Assembly (NCBI GenBank): GCA_965224195.1
Contig: OZ245040.1
Span: 768,001-832,000, forward strand
Direction of reading: 5' to 3'
DNA from: Nitrosopumilus sp.
Lineage (GTDB): Archaea; Thermoproteota; Nitrososphaeria; Nitrososphaerales; Nitrosopumilaceae
Length of the DNA stretch: 64,000 nt
Position 1 is the stretch's first letter. Every line of letters starts with the position of its first letter. This document shows, piece after piece, positions 54,874-64,000 of this stretch. The position numbers were made by a program, and so were the translations under genes. The notes under the pieces are model-generated. The model had not been told where the DNA came from, searched no databases, and saw only the letters and a list, made by a program, of their open reading frames with translations.

Positions 54874-56069
54874 GTTTTTGTAGACCTTTTCTTTTGTAAT
54901 TTATTAGCTTCTGTTGACTGCATTCCCCATAATTCGACAAATCCTTTGGCTAGTCTTTGATCAAATGTAGATTCTACTCCATATGTTGCAATATCGTGAC
55001 TATACAATGAATTACTGGATTTTCTTCCAACTACTCTTAGACTTCCTTTGTACAGTTTTAGTTTCACAGTTCCAGATACTGGCTTCTGGGATGCTTCGAC
55101 AAAACCATCTAGATCTGTTTTTAGAGGATCTTGCCATAATCCTGAATACACCAAATATGCCCATTCATCATCAATCATTGATTTGAATTTGTTTTCATGT
55201 TTGGTATGAACCATTTTTTCTAAATCTGAATGAGCTTCAATTAGACAAGTTGCTGCTGGAGTTTCATATACTTCACGGGATTTAATTCCGACAACTCTAT
55301 CTTCAATATGATCAACTATTCCAACACCTGCATTCCCTGCTTTTTTGTTAATGTATTCAATTAGTTTTAGCGGTTCCATTATTTTACTGTCCACTCCAAC
55401 TGGTATTCCTTTATTGAATTTAATTTCCAAGTATGTTGGTTTGTCAGACAAGTTTTTTGTTTTAACCCAAATGAACGCATCATCTGGAGGTTCGTTGTAT
55501 GGATCTTCTAACACTCCCCCTTCTATTGCACGTCCCCACAAATTTTGATCAATACTAAATTTTTTTGCTACAGTATCAATTTCAATCCCATGTTTTTTTG
55601 CAAATTTCAATTCTGTATCCCTATCCAAATTTTTATCCCTTATTGGTGCTATAATTGGAAGGTCAGAACCTGAACGTAGTGTAATATCAAATCGTACTTG
55701 ATCATTTCCTTTTCCAGAACAACCATGAGCTAATGATGTAACTTTTTCTTTCTTTGCAATCTCTAAAACTTTTTCTGCAATTAATGGTCTGGCAAGTGCT
55801 GTTGCAAGACAATATTTTTTTTGATAAAGTGCATTTGCTTTAATTGAAGGAAAAATGTAATCTTTGACAAATTCTTTTCTTGCATCAATATTGTAATGTT
55901 TTTTTACACCCAGTTTTTTTGCTTTGGCTGCAATTTTTTTCCAATCATCGCCTTGCCCAACATCTACTGTGACGGTAATGACATCCATATCATGCTCATC
56001 TTGTAGATACTTTACAACAACTGAAGTATCTAGTCCACCAGAAAATGCAAGAATTCCTTTTTGAGTCAT
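54870..56069 (-). CDS. argG: Argininosuccinate synthase
   Basis: AFSGGLDTS, HGCSGKGNDQVRF, GIKSREVYE. Confidence 0.96.
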   Translation of the reverse strand: MTQKGILAFSGGLDTSVVVKYLQDEHDMDVITVTVDVGQGDDWKKIAAKAKKLGVKKHYNIDARKEFVKDYIFPSIKANALYQKKYCLATALARPLIAEKVLEIAKKEKVTSLAHGCSGKGNDQVRFDITLRSGSDLPIIAPIRDKNLDRDTELKFAKKHGIEIDTVAKKFSIDQNLWGRAIEGGVLEDPYNEPPDDAFIWVKTKNLSDKPTYLEIKFNKGIPVGVDSKIMEPLKLIEYINKKAGNAGVGIVDHIEDRVVGIKSREVYETPAATCLIEAHSDLEKMVHTKHENKFKSMIDDEWAYLVYSGLWQDPLKTDLDGFVEASQKPVSGTVKLKLYKGSLRVVGRKSSNSLYSHDIATYGVESTFDQRLAKGFVELWGMQSTEANKLQKKRSTKT

Positions 56070-56201
56070 AAAACATCTTTTTCGTCATATTTTGGAATTT
56101 ATCTTTTGTGATGGGCTCAAATCAAATTATTTTTAAAAAATTTCTGACTAGCTTGAGCTAAAATTCGATGATTATTTAACCGCCAATTATAACGCTGTTT
56201 T

Positions 56202-57230
56202 ATGAAAACCCGATCGATAATTTCTGCAAGCATTGTGGGCATCGTTTTGTTATCTGTATTGGGAGTATCTCTTAGTTCTACTTCTGAGTCAAATGAGAAT
56301 AAAATCCGTATTGCTTACTTTCCTAATATTGGTCATGCCATCCCAATTGTAGGGATGGAAAAAGAATTCTTTGAAACAAGTATGGGAAATACAACTAAAA
56401 TTGAAACTCGTGTTTTTGATAGCGGTCCTCAGGCTATAGAATCTCTATTTGCAAATTCAATTGATTTGGCATATGTTGGCCCTGGACCTGCGATTAATGG
56501 ATTTTTAAATTCTGAAAACTATAACGTAAAGATTCTTGCAGGAGCTGCAAGTGGTGGGGCAAGCTTTATCGTTCATCCTGAATCTGAAATAAATTCTGTA
56601 TCTGATTTTGCTGGAAAAAAAATTGCTGCTCCTCAAATTGGTAACACTCAAGATGTATCATTACGACATTATCTATCTGAAAATGGATTAAAAACTGCTG
56701 ATAAAGGAGGTTCTGTCATTGTTTACAATATATCAAATCCTGATATCTATACATTATTTGTTAAAGGTGATATTGATGGTGCATGGGTTGCAGAACCATG
56801 GGCTACTATTTTAGAATCTGAATTAAATGGAAAACGACTATTTCATGAAGAAGAGTTATGGCCAAATCATGAATTTGCATCTGTTCTTTTAATTGCAAAT
56901 GCAGATTATGTAGAAAAAAACCCCGTCATCGTTTCTAATTTTTTAGATTCTCATTATCAAACAATAACATGGATTAATCAAAATCCTGCTGACACTAGAA
57001 TTATTTTCAACAATTTTTTGAATTCTCACTTAGGTCAATCACTATCTGATGATGTTGTAGATGTTGCATTATCTAATCTTGTAATAACTGGTGATCCTTT
57101 ACCTGATTCTATTCATTCATTTGCAGAAAAGGCAGATACATTAGGATATCTTGGAAGAAATGGATATGATTTGTCTGGTATTTTTTACTACTTTGATACA
57201 AATTCTATTGAAGGAGAAAATAACACATGA
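56202..57230 (+). CDS. Sulfonate/nitrate-type ABC transporter substrate-binding protein
   Basis: YVGPGPAIN, PQIGNTQD, EPW; SsuA-like. Confidence 0.88.
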   Translation: MKTRSIISASIVGIVLLSVLGVSLSSTSESNENKIRIAYFPNIGHAIPIVGMEKEFFETSMGNTTKIETRVFDSGPQAIESLFANSIDLAYVGPGPAINGFLNSENYNVKILAGAASGGASFIVHPESEINSVSDFAGKKIAAPQIGNTQDVSLRHYLSENGLKTADKGGSVIVYNISNPDIYTLFVKGDIDGAWVAEPWATILESELNGKRLFHEEELWPNHEFASVLLIANADYVEKNPVIVSNFLDSHYQTITWINQNPADTRIIFNNFLNSHLGQSLSDDVVDVALSNLVITGDPLPDSIHSFAEKADTLGYLGRNGYDLSGIFYYFDTNSIEGENNT

Positions 57231-57991
57231 CCAAACTTGAGGCAAAAAATATTGTAAAATATTTCAGTCATGATTCTCACAAACTCAAAGCCCTTGGGGG
57301 TGTAAATCTCAAAGTTGAGGCAGGGGATTTTGTATGTCTAGTTGGTCCTTCGGGATGTGGGAAATCTACCTTTTTGCGCATAGTTGCAGGTCTGGAAAAA
57401 CCCGATGAGGGACAAATTTTGTTTGATGGTAGAAATGTCACTGAAACCAGTCCTGAAAGGATTATGGTGTTTCAGGAGGGTGCATTATTTCCGTGGCTTA
57501 AGGTTCAAGATAATGTAGAATTTGGATTAAAGATGGCTGGTATTCCAAAAGAAGAACGAGCTAAAATATCTCATCGATATTTGGACATGATGCAATTAAC
57601 CAAATTTGTAGATTCATACGTTTACCAACTTTCAACTGGGATGAAGCAACGTGTAGCTATTGCAAGAGCTCTTGTAATGGATCCTGACGTATTGTTAATG
57701 GATGAACCATTTGCTGCGCTTGATCCCCAGACTCGTGACTTGTTGCTAGTTGAGATGCAGCTAATTTGGGAAAAAACAAAAAAGACAATTTTGTTTGTGA
57801 CTCACAATGTTGCAGAAGCTGCAGTACTTGGAACCAAAGTGGCAATTTTCAGTAATCGTCCCTCAGTAATTAAAAAAGAAGTTGACAATAATTTCCCACG
57901 ACCTAGAGTTACTGAAGATAAAGAATTATTACAATTTCAACAAGATATTTTAGCAGAACTTAGACCTGAGGTAAAGAAGAGTAAAGAGTGA
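57227..57991 (+). CDS. ABC transporter ATP-binding protein (SsuB/TauB-like)
   Basis: GPSGCGKST, LLMDEPF. Confidence 0.92.
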   Translation: MTKLEAKNIVKYFSHDSHKLKALGGVNLKVEAGDFVCLVGPSGCGKSTFLRIVAGLEKPDEGQILFDGRNVTETSPERIMVFQEGALFPWLKVQDNVEFGLKMAGIPKEERAKISHRYLDMMQLTKFVDSYVYQLSTGMKQRVAIARALVMDPDVLLMDEPFAALDPQTRDLLLVEMQLIWEKTKKTILFVTHNVAEAAVLGTKVAIFSNRPSVIKKEVDNNFPRPRVTEDKELLQFQQDILAELRPEVKKSKE

Positions 57992-58755
57992 TAATTATGA
58001 CAAAAAATTTTACCCTCTATAGAATTGTATTTTACATTGGAATTGTTGTTGCATGGCAAGTAATTGCAATGGCTGGAGTATGGTCTGATAATATCTTCCC
58101 ATCTCCATATGAGGTAGCTGAAGACTTGGCATATGGTGTAGTCGATGGTAGTTTGTTATATGGGATAGCAACTAGTATGTGGAGATTATCTATTGGATTG
58201 GCCATTGCAATTACTGGTGGTGTTATTTTAGGAATCTTTATGGCACGAATTGAAGTTATCAATCAAACTGTAGGCTCTCTGGTTTTAGGATTACAATCAA
58301 TTCCTTCAATTGCTTGGGTGCCATTAGCAATACTTTGGTTTGGCTTGACTGATGGTGGAATAATTTTTGTCACTGCCATTGGTGCAATTTTTGCAGTTAC
58401 TATAAACACCTACACCGGAGTCAAAAATATAGATCCTCATTTTATTGAGGCTGCCCGAAATATGGGTGCAAAGGGCACTCAGCTAATCACTGCCGTATTG
58501 ATTCCTGCGGCATTTCCTTACATGATTTCCGGATTCAAACAAGGCTGGGCTTTTGCTTGGAGAGGTGTAATTGGTGCAGAAATACTATTTTCATTCTTAG
58601 GATTGGGGTTCTTGCTTAATGCAGGTCGTTCTCTAACTGACGTCTCCCAAGTTATTGGAATAATGGTTGTGATCATGGGAATTGGTCTTGCAGTTGATGG
58701 TGTAATTTTCAAAAGACTAGAAAACAAAGTAATGTCTCGTTGGGGATTAAGGTAA
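57988..58755 (+). CDS. ABC transporter permease (SsuC-like)
   Basis: QSIPSIAW, EAARNMGA. Confidence 0.9.
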   Translation: MIIMTKNFTLYRIVFYIGIVVAWQVIAMAGVWSDNIFPSPYEVAEDLAYGVVDGSLLYGIATSMWRLSIGLAIAITGGVILGIFMARIEVINQTVGSLVLGLQSIPSIAWVPLAILWFGLTDGGIIFVTAIGAIFAVTINTYTGVKNIDPHFIEAARNMGAKGTQLITAVLIPAAFPYMISGFKQGWAFAWRGVIGAEILFSFLGLGFLLNAGRSLTDVSQVIGIMVVIMGIGLAVDGVIFKRLENKVMSRWGLR

Positions 58756-58759
58756 TTTT

Positions 58760-59860
58760 TTACTTTTTAATTTTTAACGATACTACAAATGCGCATACAA
58801 TAATTGCAATTGCAAAATACATTACTGCAGCATAATCAAATGTAAATGCAATGACTCCTGCAATTACAGGTCCGATAACTGTTGCAATGGATAATGTAGA
58901 ACTAAATATCCCCGTTGATGTGGAACGTGGATTATTTTCCATTAGATGAAAGTTTCCGCCAATAAATAAAAATGCCCAAGTTCCTCCAACTAGTGCCATA
59001 AATGGCATAGCCATCCACCAATCTGTGACAAATACTAATCCTACAAATACAAATGTTGTAAACCCAATACCTATTTTGAATTTAGTTACATTTGATAGGT
59101 TGATTTTACTTGCCATCACATTCATCAAAATAAATGCAGTCAATGTGTTTGCAACATATACAATTGATATATGATAAAGTTCAGCTCCCCATCTTTCCAT
59201 TAACATTATGGGGAGAATAGTCCATACAGCTGCTGCACCAATATGTCTTAACAATAATGATAGAAAGAGAAATTTATTTTTCGAAATTACTTTTTTTGTT
59301 GTTCCTGGCTGTGTTTCTTTTAGTTGTTCAGGGTTTGGTAGTTTAATTGTAAAGAGTAACCCAATAACAAATGAAATGGAACTAATTAAAAATATAAGTT
59401 TAAGATCATTTGCAAATCCTGCAGCAGCAATCCCTGCTAACCATCCTAATGCATGAAATGAAATTACTGTTGCTGCTCGTTTCTTGTCAATATTTACCTC
59501 ATAGGTATATGCTATCATTGCAGGAATCATAATTCCACTTGCAACTCCCGCCAGAATTCTTACTAGAAAGAACATGGAAAGATCATCTGCAAAATAATGT
59601 AGTCCAAATGCTACGGCACATCCAATAAAGCCAATTCTGATAAATTTGAGCCTAGTTCCTTTCTTGTCTGAGTGTCTTCCAAAATAAATTTCAGATAAAA
59701 TCTGAGCAAAACTAAATGATGCTACCAAAAGTCCAATTTCAAAGATTGATTCAGTAACTCCTTTTGCAATTATAGGCATGAAAACAAAGACGATTGAAAT
59801 TCCAGCATGTTGAAAAAAGGTTGCACTACGAACTAGATTATTTACTTGAAGATTTACCAT
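58760..59860 (-). CDS. MFS transporter
   Basis: About 12 hydrophobic segments; GRHSDKKG motif A. Confidence 0.88.
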   Translation of the reverse strand: MVNLQVNNLVRSATFFQHAGISIVFVFMPIIAKGVTESIFEIGLLVASFSFAQILSEIYFGRHSDKKGTRLKFIRIGFIGCAVAFGLHYFADDLSMFFLVRILAGVASGIMIPAMIAYTYEVNIDKKRAATVISFHALGWLAGIAAAGFANDLKLIFLISSISFVIGLLFTIKLPNPEQLKETQPGTTKKVISKNKFLFLSLLLRHIGAAAVWTILPIMLMERWGAELYHISIVYVANTLTAFILMNVMASKINLSNVTKFKIGIGFTTFVFVGLVFVTDWWMAMPFMALVGGTWAFLFIGGNFHLMENNPRSTSTGIFSSTLSIATVIGPVIAGVIAFTFDYAAVMYFAIAIIVCAFVVSLKIKK

Positions 59861-59972
59861 TAATGTACATCAGATCTGGTTTCACCTAATTTCAATATAC
59901 GTATCATTACTACATCTCTTTGTGGTTTTTTCTGAAAAGAGTTAAACTGTCCTAGAACATTTTGAAATTAAA

Positions 59973-60935
59973 TTGACTGGAAAAGAACCATTTCTTGATG
60001 CAATGAAAAATCGTGTATTGCTATTTGATGGTGCAATGGGAACTGAAATTCAAAGACATGACCCACAACCAGAAGACTTTCCTAACAATCAAGATGGTTT
60101 TAATGATGGATTAGTAGTAACACATCCTGAATGGATTAAAGAAATTCACAGAAATTATTTAGATGCTGGGTCTGATTGTGTTGAAACAAATTCTTTTGGT
60201 TCAAATAAAATCAAACTTGCTGAATATGGTTTTGGAGATCAAACAATTGAATTTAATAAAAAAATTGCCTCACTTGCATCTGAAGTTTGTGCAGAATATT
60301 CTGATAAACCACGATATGTAATTGGGTCAATGGGTCCAACTGGCTATCTTCCAAGTTCTAATGATCCTGATCTTGGTCAAATACCACTAGATGAAATACG
60401 TGAAGCATTTGAGTTACAAGCTGAAGGATTAATTCTTGGTGGTGTTGACGCATTACTAATTGAAACAAGTCAAGATCTGTTAGAAATCAAACTTGTCATT
60501 GAGGCATGTCATAATGCGATAAAAAAAACTGGTAAAAAAGTTCCAATCATTGCAAATACCACATTGGATCAATACGGCAAAATGCTACTTGGCACAAATG
60601 TCCAAGCTGCATACACAACTGTTTCTGATATGGGAATTGATGTTTTTGGATTAAATTGTTCCACTGGCCCTATTGAGATGAATCCTAGTGTTCAGTGGTT
60701 AGATGAGCAAGATGACCACAGCATATTGGTTGTTCCAAATGCAGGTATGCCTGAAAACGATGGAGGACAAGCAGTTTACAAAATGACTCCTGAGAAAATG
60801 GGTAAGGCCTTGGGTGACTTCCTTAATGACTACAAAAAAGTTCGAATTATTGGTGGTTGTTGTGGAACAAATCCTGAACACATCAAGGCCTTGAGAAAAG
60901 TAATTGACGAAAAAGCCAGTTCTATCGAGAGTTAA
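59973..60935 (+). CDS. metH: Methionine synthase, homocysteine-binding subunit
   Basis: DGAMGT, GLNCSTGP, GGCCGT. Confidence 0.9.
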   Translation: MTGKEPFLDAMKNRVLLFDGAMGTEIQRHDPQPEDFPNNQDGFNDGLVVTHPEWIKEIHRNYLDAGSDCVETNSFGSNKIKLAEYGFGDQTIEFNKKIASLASEVCAEYSDKPRYVIGSMGPTGYLPSSNDPDLGQIPLDEIREAFELQAEGLILGGVDALLIETSQDLLEIKLVIEACHNAIKKTGKKVPIIANTTLDQYGKMLLGTNVQAAYTTVSDMGIDVFGLNCSTGPIEMNPSVQWLDEQDDHSILVVPNAGMPENDGGQAVYKMTPEKMGKALGDFLNDYKKVRIIGGCCGTNPEHIKALRKVIDEKASSIES

Positions 60936-60967
60936 GTATTTACAAAAACAGATATGATTTTATAATA

Positions 60968-63466
60968 TTGACAGTTCCAAGAATAAGTTCAGCATTGAAA
61001 GCCGTTGATCTAAAACAAATCCCTGCACCTATGATTATTGGTGAGCGAATTAATACTCAAGGTTCTCGTAAAGCAAAGAAAATGGTTCTTGAAGATGATT
61101 ATGAGGGCTTGGTTGATTTGGGTCGAATACAAGTTGAGGATGGTGCACACTGTCTTGATGTTTGTGTTGCAACTACAGAACGAGCAGATGAAAAAGCATT
61201 CATGTTAAATTTAGTAAAACGATTAAGCTTGGAAATTGATGCACCACTAGTAATTGACTCTACAGATCCTGAAGTCATTGAAGCGTCTGTAACTCAAATT
61301 CCTGGAAGACCAATAATTAATTCAATAAATCTCGAAGGGGATGGAAGTAGGTTTGAAAAACTGGCTCCTATCATGGCAAAGTATGGCTTACCTGCGATTG
61401 CTTTGTGTATTGGACCAGAAGGAATGGCTAAAACTCCTCAACAAAAAGTCGATACTGCAGAATTACTTTATGAAACAGGAAAAAAATATGGATTAAAAAT
61501 TGAACAGTTTATTTTTGATGTTCTTACATTTACTTTGGCAACTGGTGAGGATGAATTCCTTGATGCAGGAAAAAATACTCTGGAAGGAATTAGACTAGTT
61601 AAAGAGAAATTTCCAAACTGTTTCACAACTTTGGGTCTTAGTAACATCAGCTTTGGTCTTGCACCGTATGCTAGAAAAGTTCTAAATTCAGCATTCTTGT
61701 ATCATGCAGTTAAAGCTGGTCTTGATTCTGCAATAGTTAATGCAAAAGAGATCATTCCTTATGGTGAAATTGATGAAAAGGAGAAAAAACTCGTAGATGA
61801 TCTAATCTTTAACCGACATCCTGATGCATTATCTGATTCGATTGCCTATTTTGAGAATGTAGGATCTAAAGTTGGTACTACTTCAAAGAAGGTCGATGTT
61901 GATCCTTCCTGGCCTGCAGGAAAACGTGCGAATTTTAGAATTGTAAATAGACTCAAAGATGGAATTCAAAATGATGTTGTATCTGCAATTGCCGAGAAAC
62001 TAGAAAAAAATGATATTATCAAAGATACTGATGGAATTTTTTCCCTTGATGCTCCAAAAGAAGTTACACATGACAGTGCCATTAGGACTCTCAATGAAGA
62101 TTTACTTCCTGCAATGAAAGAGGTTGGTGATAAATTTGGTTCAGGAGAACTAATCTTACCTTTTGTTCTAAAGTCTGCAGAATGTATGAAAGCTTCAGTT
62201 GGTGAACTGGAAAAATATCTAGTAAAAGAGGAAGGGACAAGTAAAGGTGTACTTGTTTTAGGTACTGTTTATGGTGACGTTCATGATATTGGTAAAAATC
62301 TTGTAAAGACAATTTTTCAAAATAATGGATATACCGTACATGATTTGGGAAAACAAGTTCCATTACAAAAATTCCTTGAAAAAATCGATGAAACAAAACC
62401 TGACGCAATTGGATTGTCTGCATTATTAGTCTCTACTTCAAAACAAATGAAATTCTTTGTGGAATATGCTAGGAAAAACAATATGACTATTCCAATTCTT
62501 TGTGGTGGTGCTGCAATTAACACCAACTACATTAACAGAATAGCAAAAGAAGATGGCATTTACGAACCTGGACTATTTTATTGCAATACTATGTTTGAGG
62601 GTCTCAAAACAATGGATGTTTTAGTTTCTGATGAAAAACCAAAACTTTTAGCTGATTGGAAAGAAAAGTTGGAGAACTGGAAAGAAAAATCTACTACAAT
62701 TGTAGATCCTGACACACTTCCAAAAAGCGATGTCAAACCAGTTCAATCTTCCACTCCAAAAGTAATTGGAGAGCCTATTCGTTTAAAATTAGATCAAATC
62801 AACATGGCCGAAGTTTGGACTATGATTGATAAAAAATCATTATTCAAATTATCTTGGGGGTTGAGAGGAAAAGCTGGTTCTGAATCTGAAGAAGAACATG
62901 AACAATTGTTAACTGAATGGAAAATGAGGATAATTCGAGATAAACTCTTTGAGCCTGAAATTGTTTATGGGTATTTCAAATGTCATAATAAAGATAGAAA
63001 ATTACTAGTTGAGAATCCTCATGGCAATGACGTTGAATTGGAATTTCCTCGTTCAACAAAACCAGATCATTTGTGTCTGACTGATTATTTTGGTGATCAA
63101 GATATTGTTGCATTTCAATCTGTAACTGTAGGAAATAAGGTGGCAGATATTATTGAACTATGGAATAAAGAGGACAAATACACTGATGCCTATTATCTTC
63201 ATGGGTTGGCAGTTGAAGTTGCAGAAGCTTTAGCTGAATGGGTAAATCAGAAAATCAAAACTGAATTGAATTTACAAAAAGGTGGTTTAAGGTATAGTTG
63301 GGGATTTCCTAGCTGTCCTGATGTTTTACAACATCATCTGGTATGGAAATTATTAGAACCTGAAAAATCTGGAATGACTTTAACTGAATCTGGTCAAATT
63401 ATTCCTGAACAATCAACTGCAGCAATTGTGGTTCATCATCCTGATGCAAAATATTTTGTACTTTAA
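60968..63466 (+). CDS. metH: Methionine synthase, pterin/B12-binding/activation subunit
   Basis: IIGERIN, GDVHDIGKN, RYSWGFPSCP. Confidence 0.92.
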   Translation: MTVPRISSALKAVDLKQIPAPMIIGERINTQGSRKAKKMVLEDDYEGLVDLGRIQVEDGAHCLDVCVATTERADEKAFMLNLVKRLSLEIDAPLVIDSTDPEVIEASVTQIPGRPIINSINLEGDGSRFEKLAPIMAKYGLPAIALCIGPEGMAKTPQQKVDTAELLYETGKKYGLKIEQFIFDVLTFTLATGEDEFLDAGKNTLEGIRLVKEKFPNCFTTLGLSNISFGLAPYARKVLNSAFLYHAVKAGLDSAIVNAKEIIPYGEIDEKEKKLVDDLIFNRHPDALSDSIAYFENVGSKVGTTSKKVDVDPSWPAGKRANFRIVNRLKDGIQNDVVSAIAEKLEKNDIIKDTDGIFSLDAPKEVTHDSAIRTLNEDLLPAMKEVGDKFGSGELILPFVLKSAECMKASVGELEKYLVKEEGTSKGVLVLGTVYGDVHDIGKNLVKTIFQNNGYTVHDLGKQVPLQKFLEKIDETKPDAIGLSALLVSTSKQMKFFVEYARKNNMTIPILCGGAAINTNYINRIAKEDGIYEPGLFYCNTMFEGLKTMDVLVSDEKPKLLADWKEKLENWKEKSTTIVDPDTLPKSDVKPVQSSTPKVIGEPIRLKLDQINMAEVWTMIDKKSLFKLSWGLRGKAGSESEEEHEQLLTEWKMRIIRDKLFEPEIVYGYFKCHNKDRKLLVENPHGNDVELEFPRSTKPDHLCLTDYFGDQDIVAFQSVTVGNKVADIIELWNKEDKYTDAYYLHGLAVEVAEALAEWVNQKIKTELNLQKGGLRYSWGFPSCPDVLQHHLVWKLLEPEKSGMTLTESGQIIPEQSTAAIVVHHPDAKYFVL

Positions 63467-64000
63467 TTATTTGATTTTTCTAGATATTCATTCAATCCAC
63501 TAAAGTCACTTGGTGATGTGATTAGTATGTCTCCTGTAATTTCGTGTACCTCTTTTACAAATTCGTCAAACCTTTGACTATATTTTACCCAATCAATATC
63601 CAGAAATGTTGCTGATTTTTCATTTTTACGTGATGGGAATAAAAGTATTGGAATGATTGAAAATCCTTTGAGATTATCTGATAATTCTTGAACTTGTTGG
63701 ATATTTTGAATCACTTGAGTCATGAATCCTTTGGGCTTTGCATCTAGTTTCTTTCCAATTTTTGAAAAATTAGGCTTGTTTGATATTGAAAGATACAAAT
63801 CAATTTTCAAATTCACTTCTTGCTCTCTTAATCTCTTGACTGTCAAACTTGGAATCTGTCCTGAATCTTCCTTTCCTGTTTGTGAAGGATCTCCCATTAA
63901 TACCAAAATCCCTGAAAACCCTATGGAAATACATTTCTCTACAAATTCTAAAATCTCTTTTTCACTTTTATCTCTAACTCTGAGACTAACAGTAATTGGC
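63463..64000 (-). CDS. Methylenetetrahydrofolate reductase-like protein, 5'-partial
   Basis: GILVLMGDP, KKLDAKPKGFMTQ; adjacent to metH; frame runs off the window end. Confidence 0.7.
   Translation of the reverse strand, partial: PITVSLRVRDKSEKEILEFVEKCISIGFSGILVLMGDPSQTGKEDSGQIPSLTVKRLREQEVNLKIDLYLSISNKPNFSKIGKKLDAKPKGFMTQVIQNIQQVQELSDNLKGFSIIPILLFPSRKNEKSATFLDIDWVKYSQRFDEFVKEVHEITGDILITSPSDFSGLNEYLEKSNN

Noticed and set aside
59973-63466. Split metH as a pseudogene
   Set aside because: Both parts are complete domain sets with clean start/stop and a 32-bp gap; split methionine synthases are a known arrangement.

Overview
Chromosomal window from a Nitrosopumilaceae-like ammonia-oxidising archaeon, possibly host-associated (giant repeat surface protein, R-M genes, many pseudogenes). 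The flanks are core genes: crotonase, iscA, dnaG, ribK, ribL, dph5 and lysK-lysX-lysW on the left; homocitrate synthase-lysM-lysJ-lysZ-lysY-argX-lysW-argG, an ABC transporter, an MFS transporter, split metH and metF on the right. The LysW-dependent Lys/Arg cluster is split by a ~40.2 kb integrated element (8937-49125). It is bounded by a perfect 15-bp direct repeat (TCATTAATTATCTTT) lying in the 3' end of the homocitrate synthase gene, with an intact tyrosine integrase beside the right copy. The element carries: a virus/plasmid-like backbone (RHH, Zn-finger, HNH and exonuclease genes, plus an iteron/palindrome locus); a defence block, including an IS6-type unit with 54-bp inverted repeats enclosing a MunI-like R-M system; a 4183-aa modular surface protein; and two genes with 13-aa tandem repeats. 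The most unusual signal is a set of duplicated non-coding cassettes made of single CRISPR-repeat-like units of several different repeat families, plus a two-repeat mini-array, with no cas gene in the window. These are candidate RNA anti-CRISPR/regulatory RNAs or cassette-junction sites. All calls were made by eye; no database searches were run.
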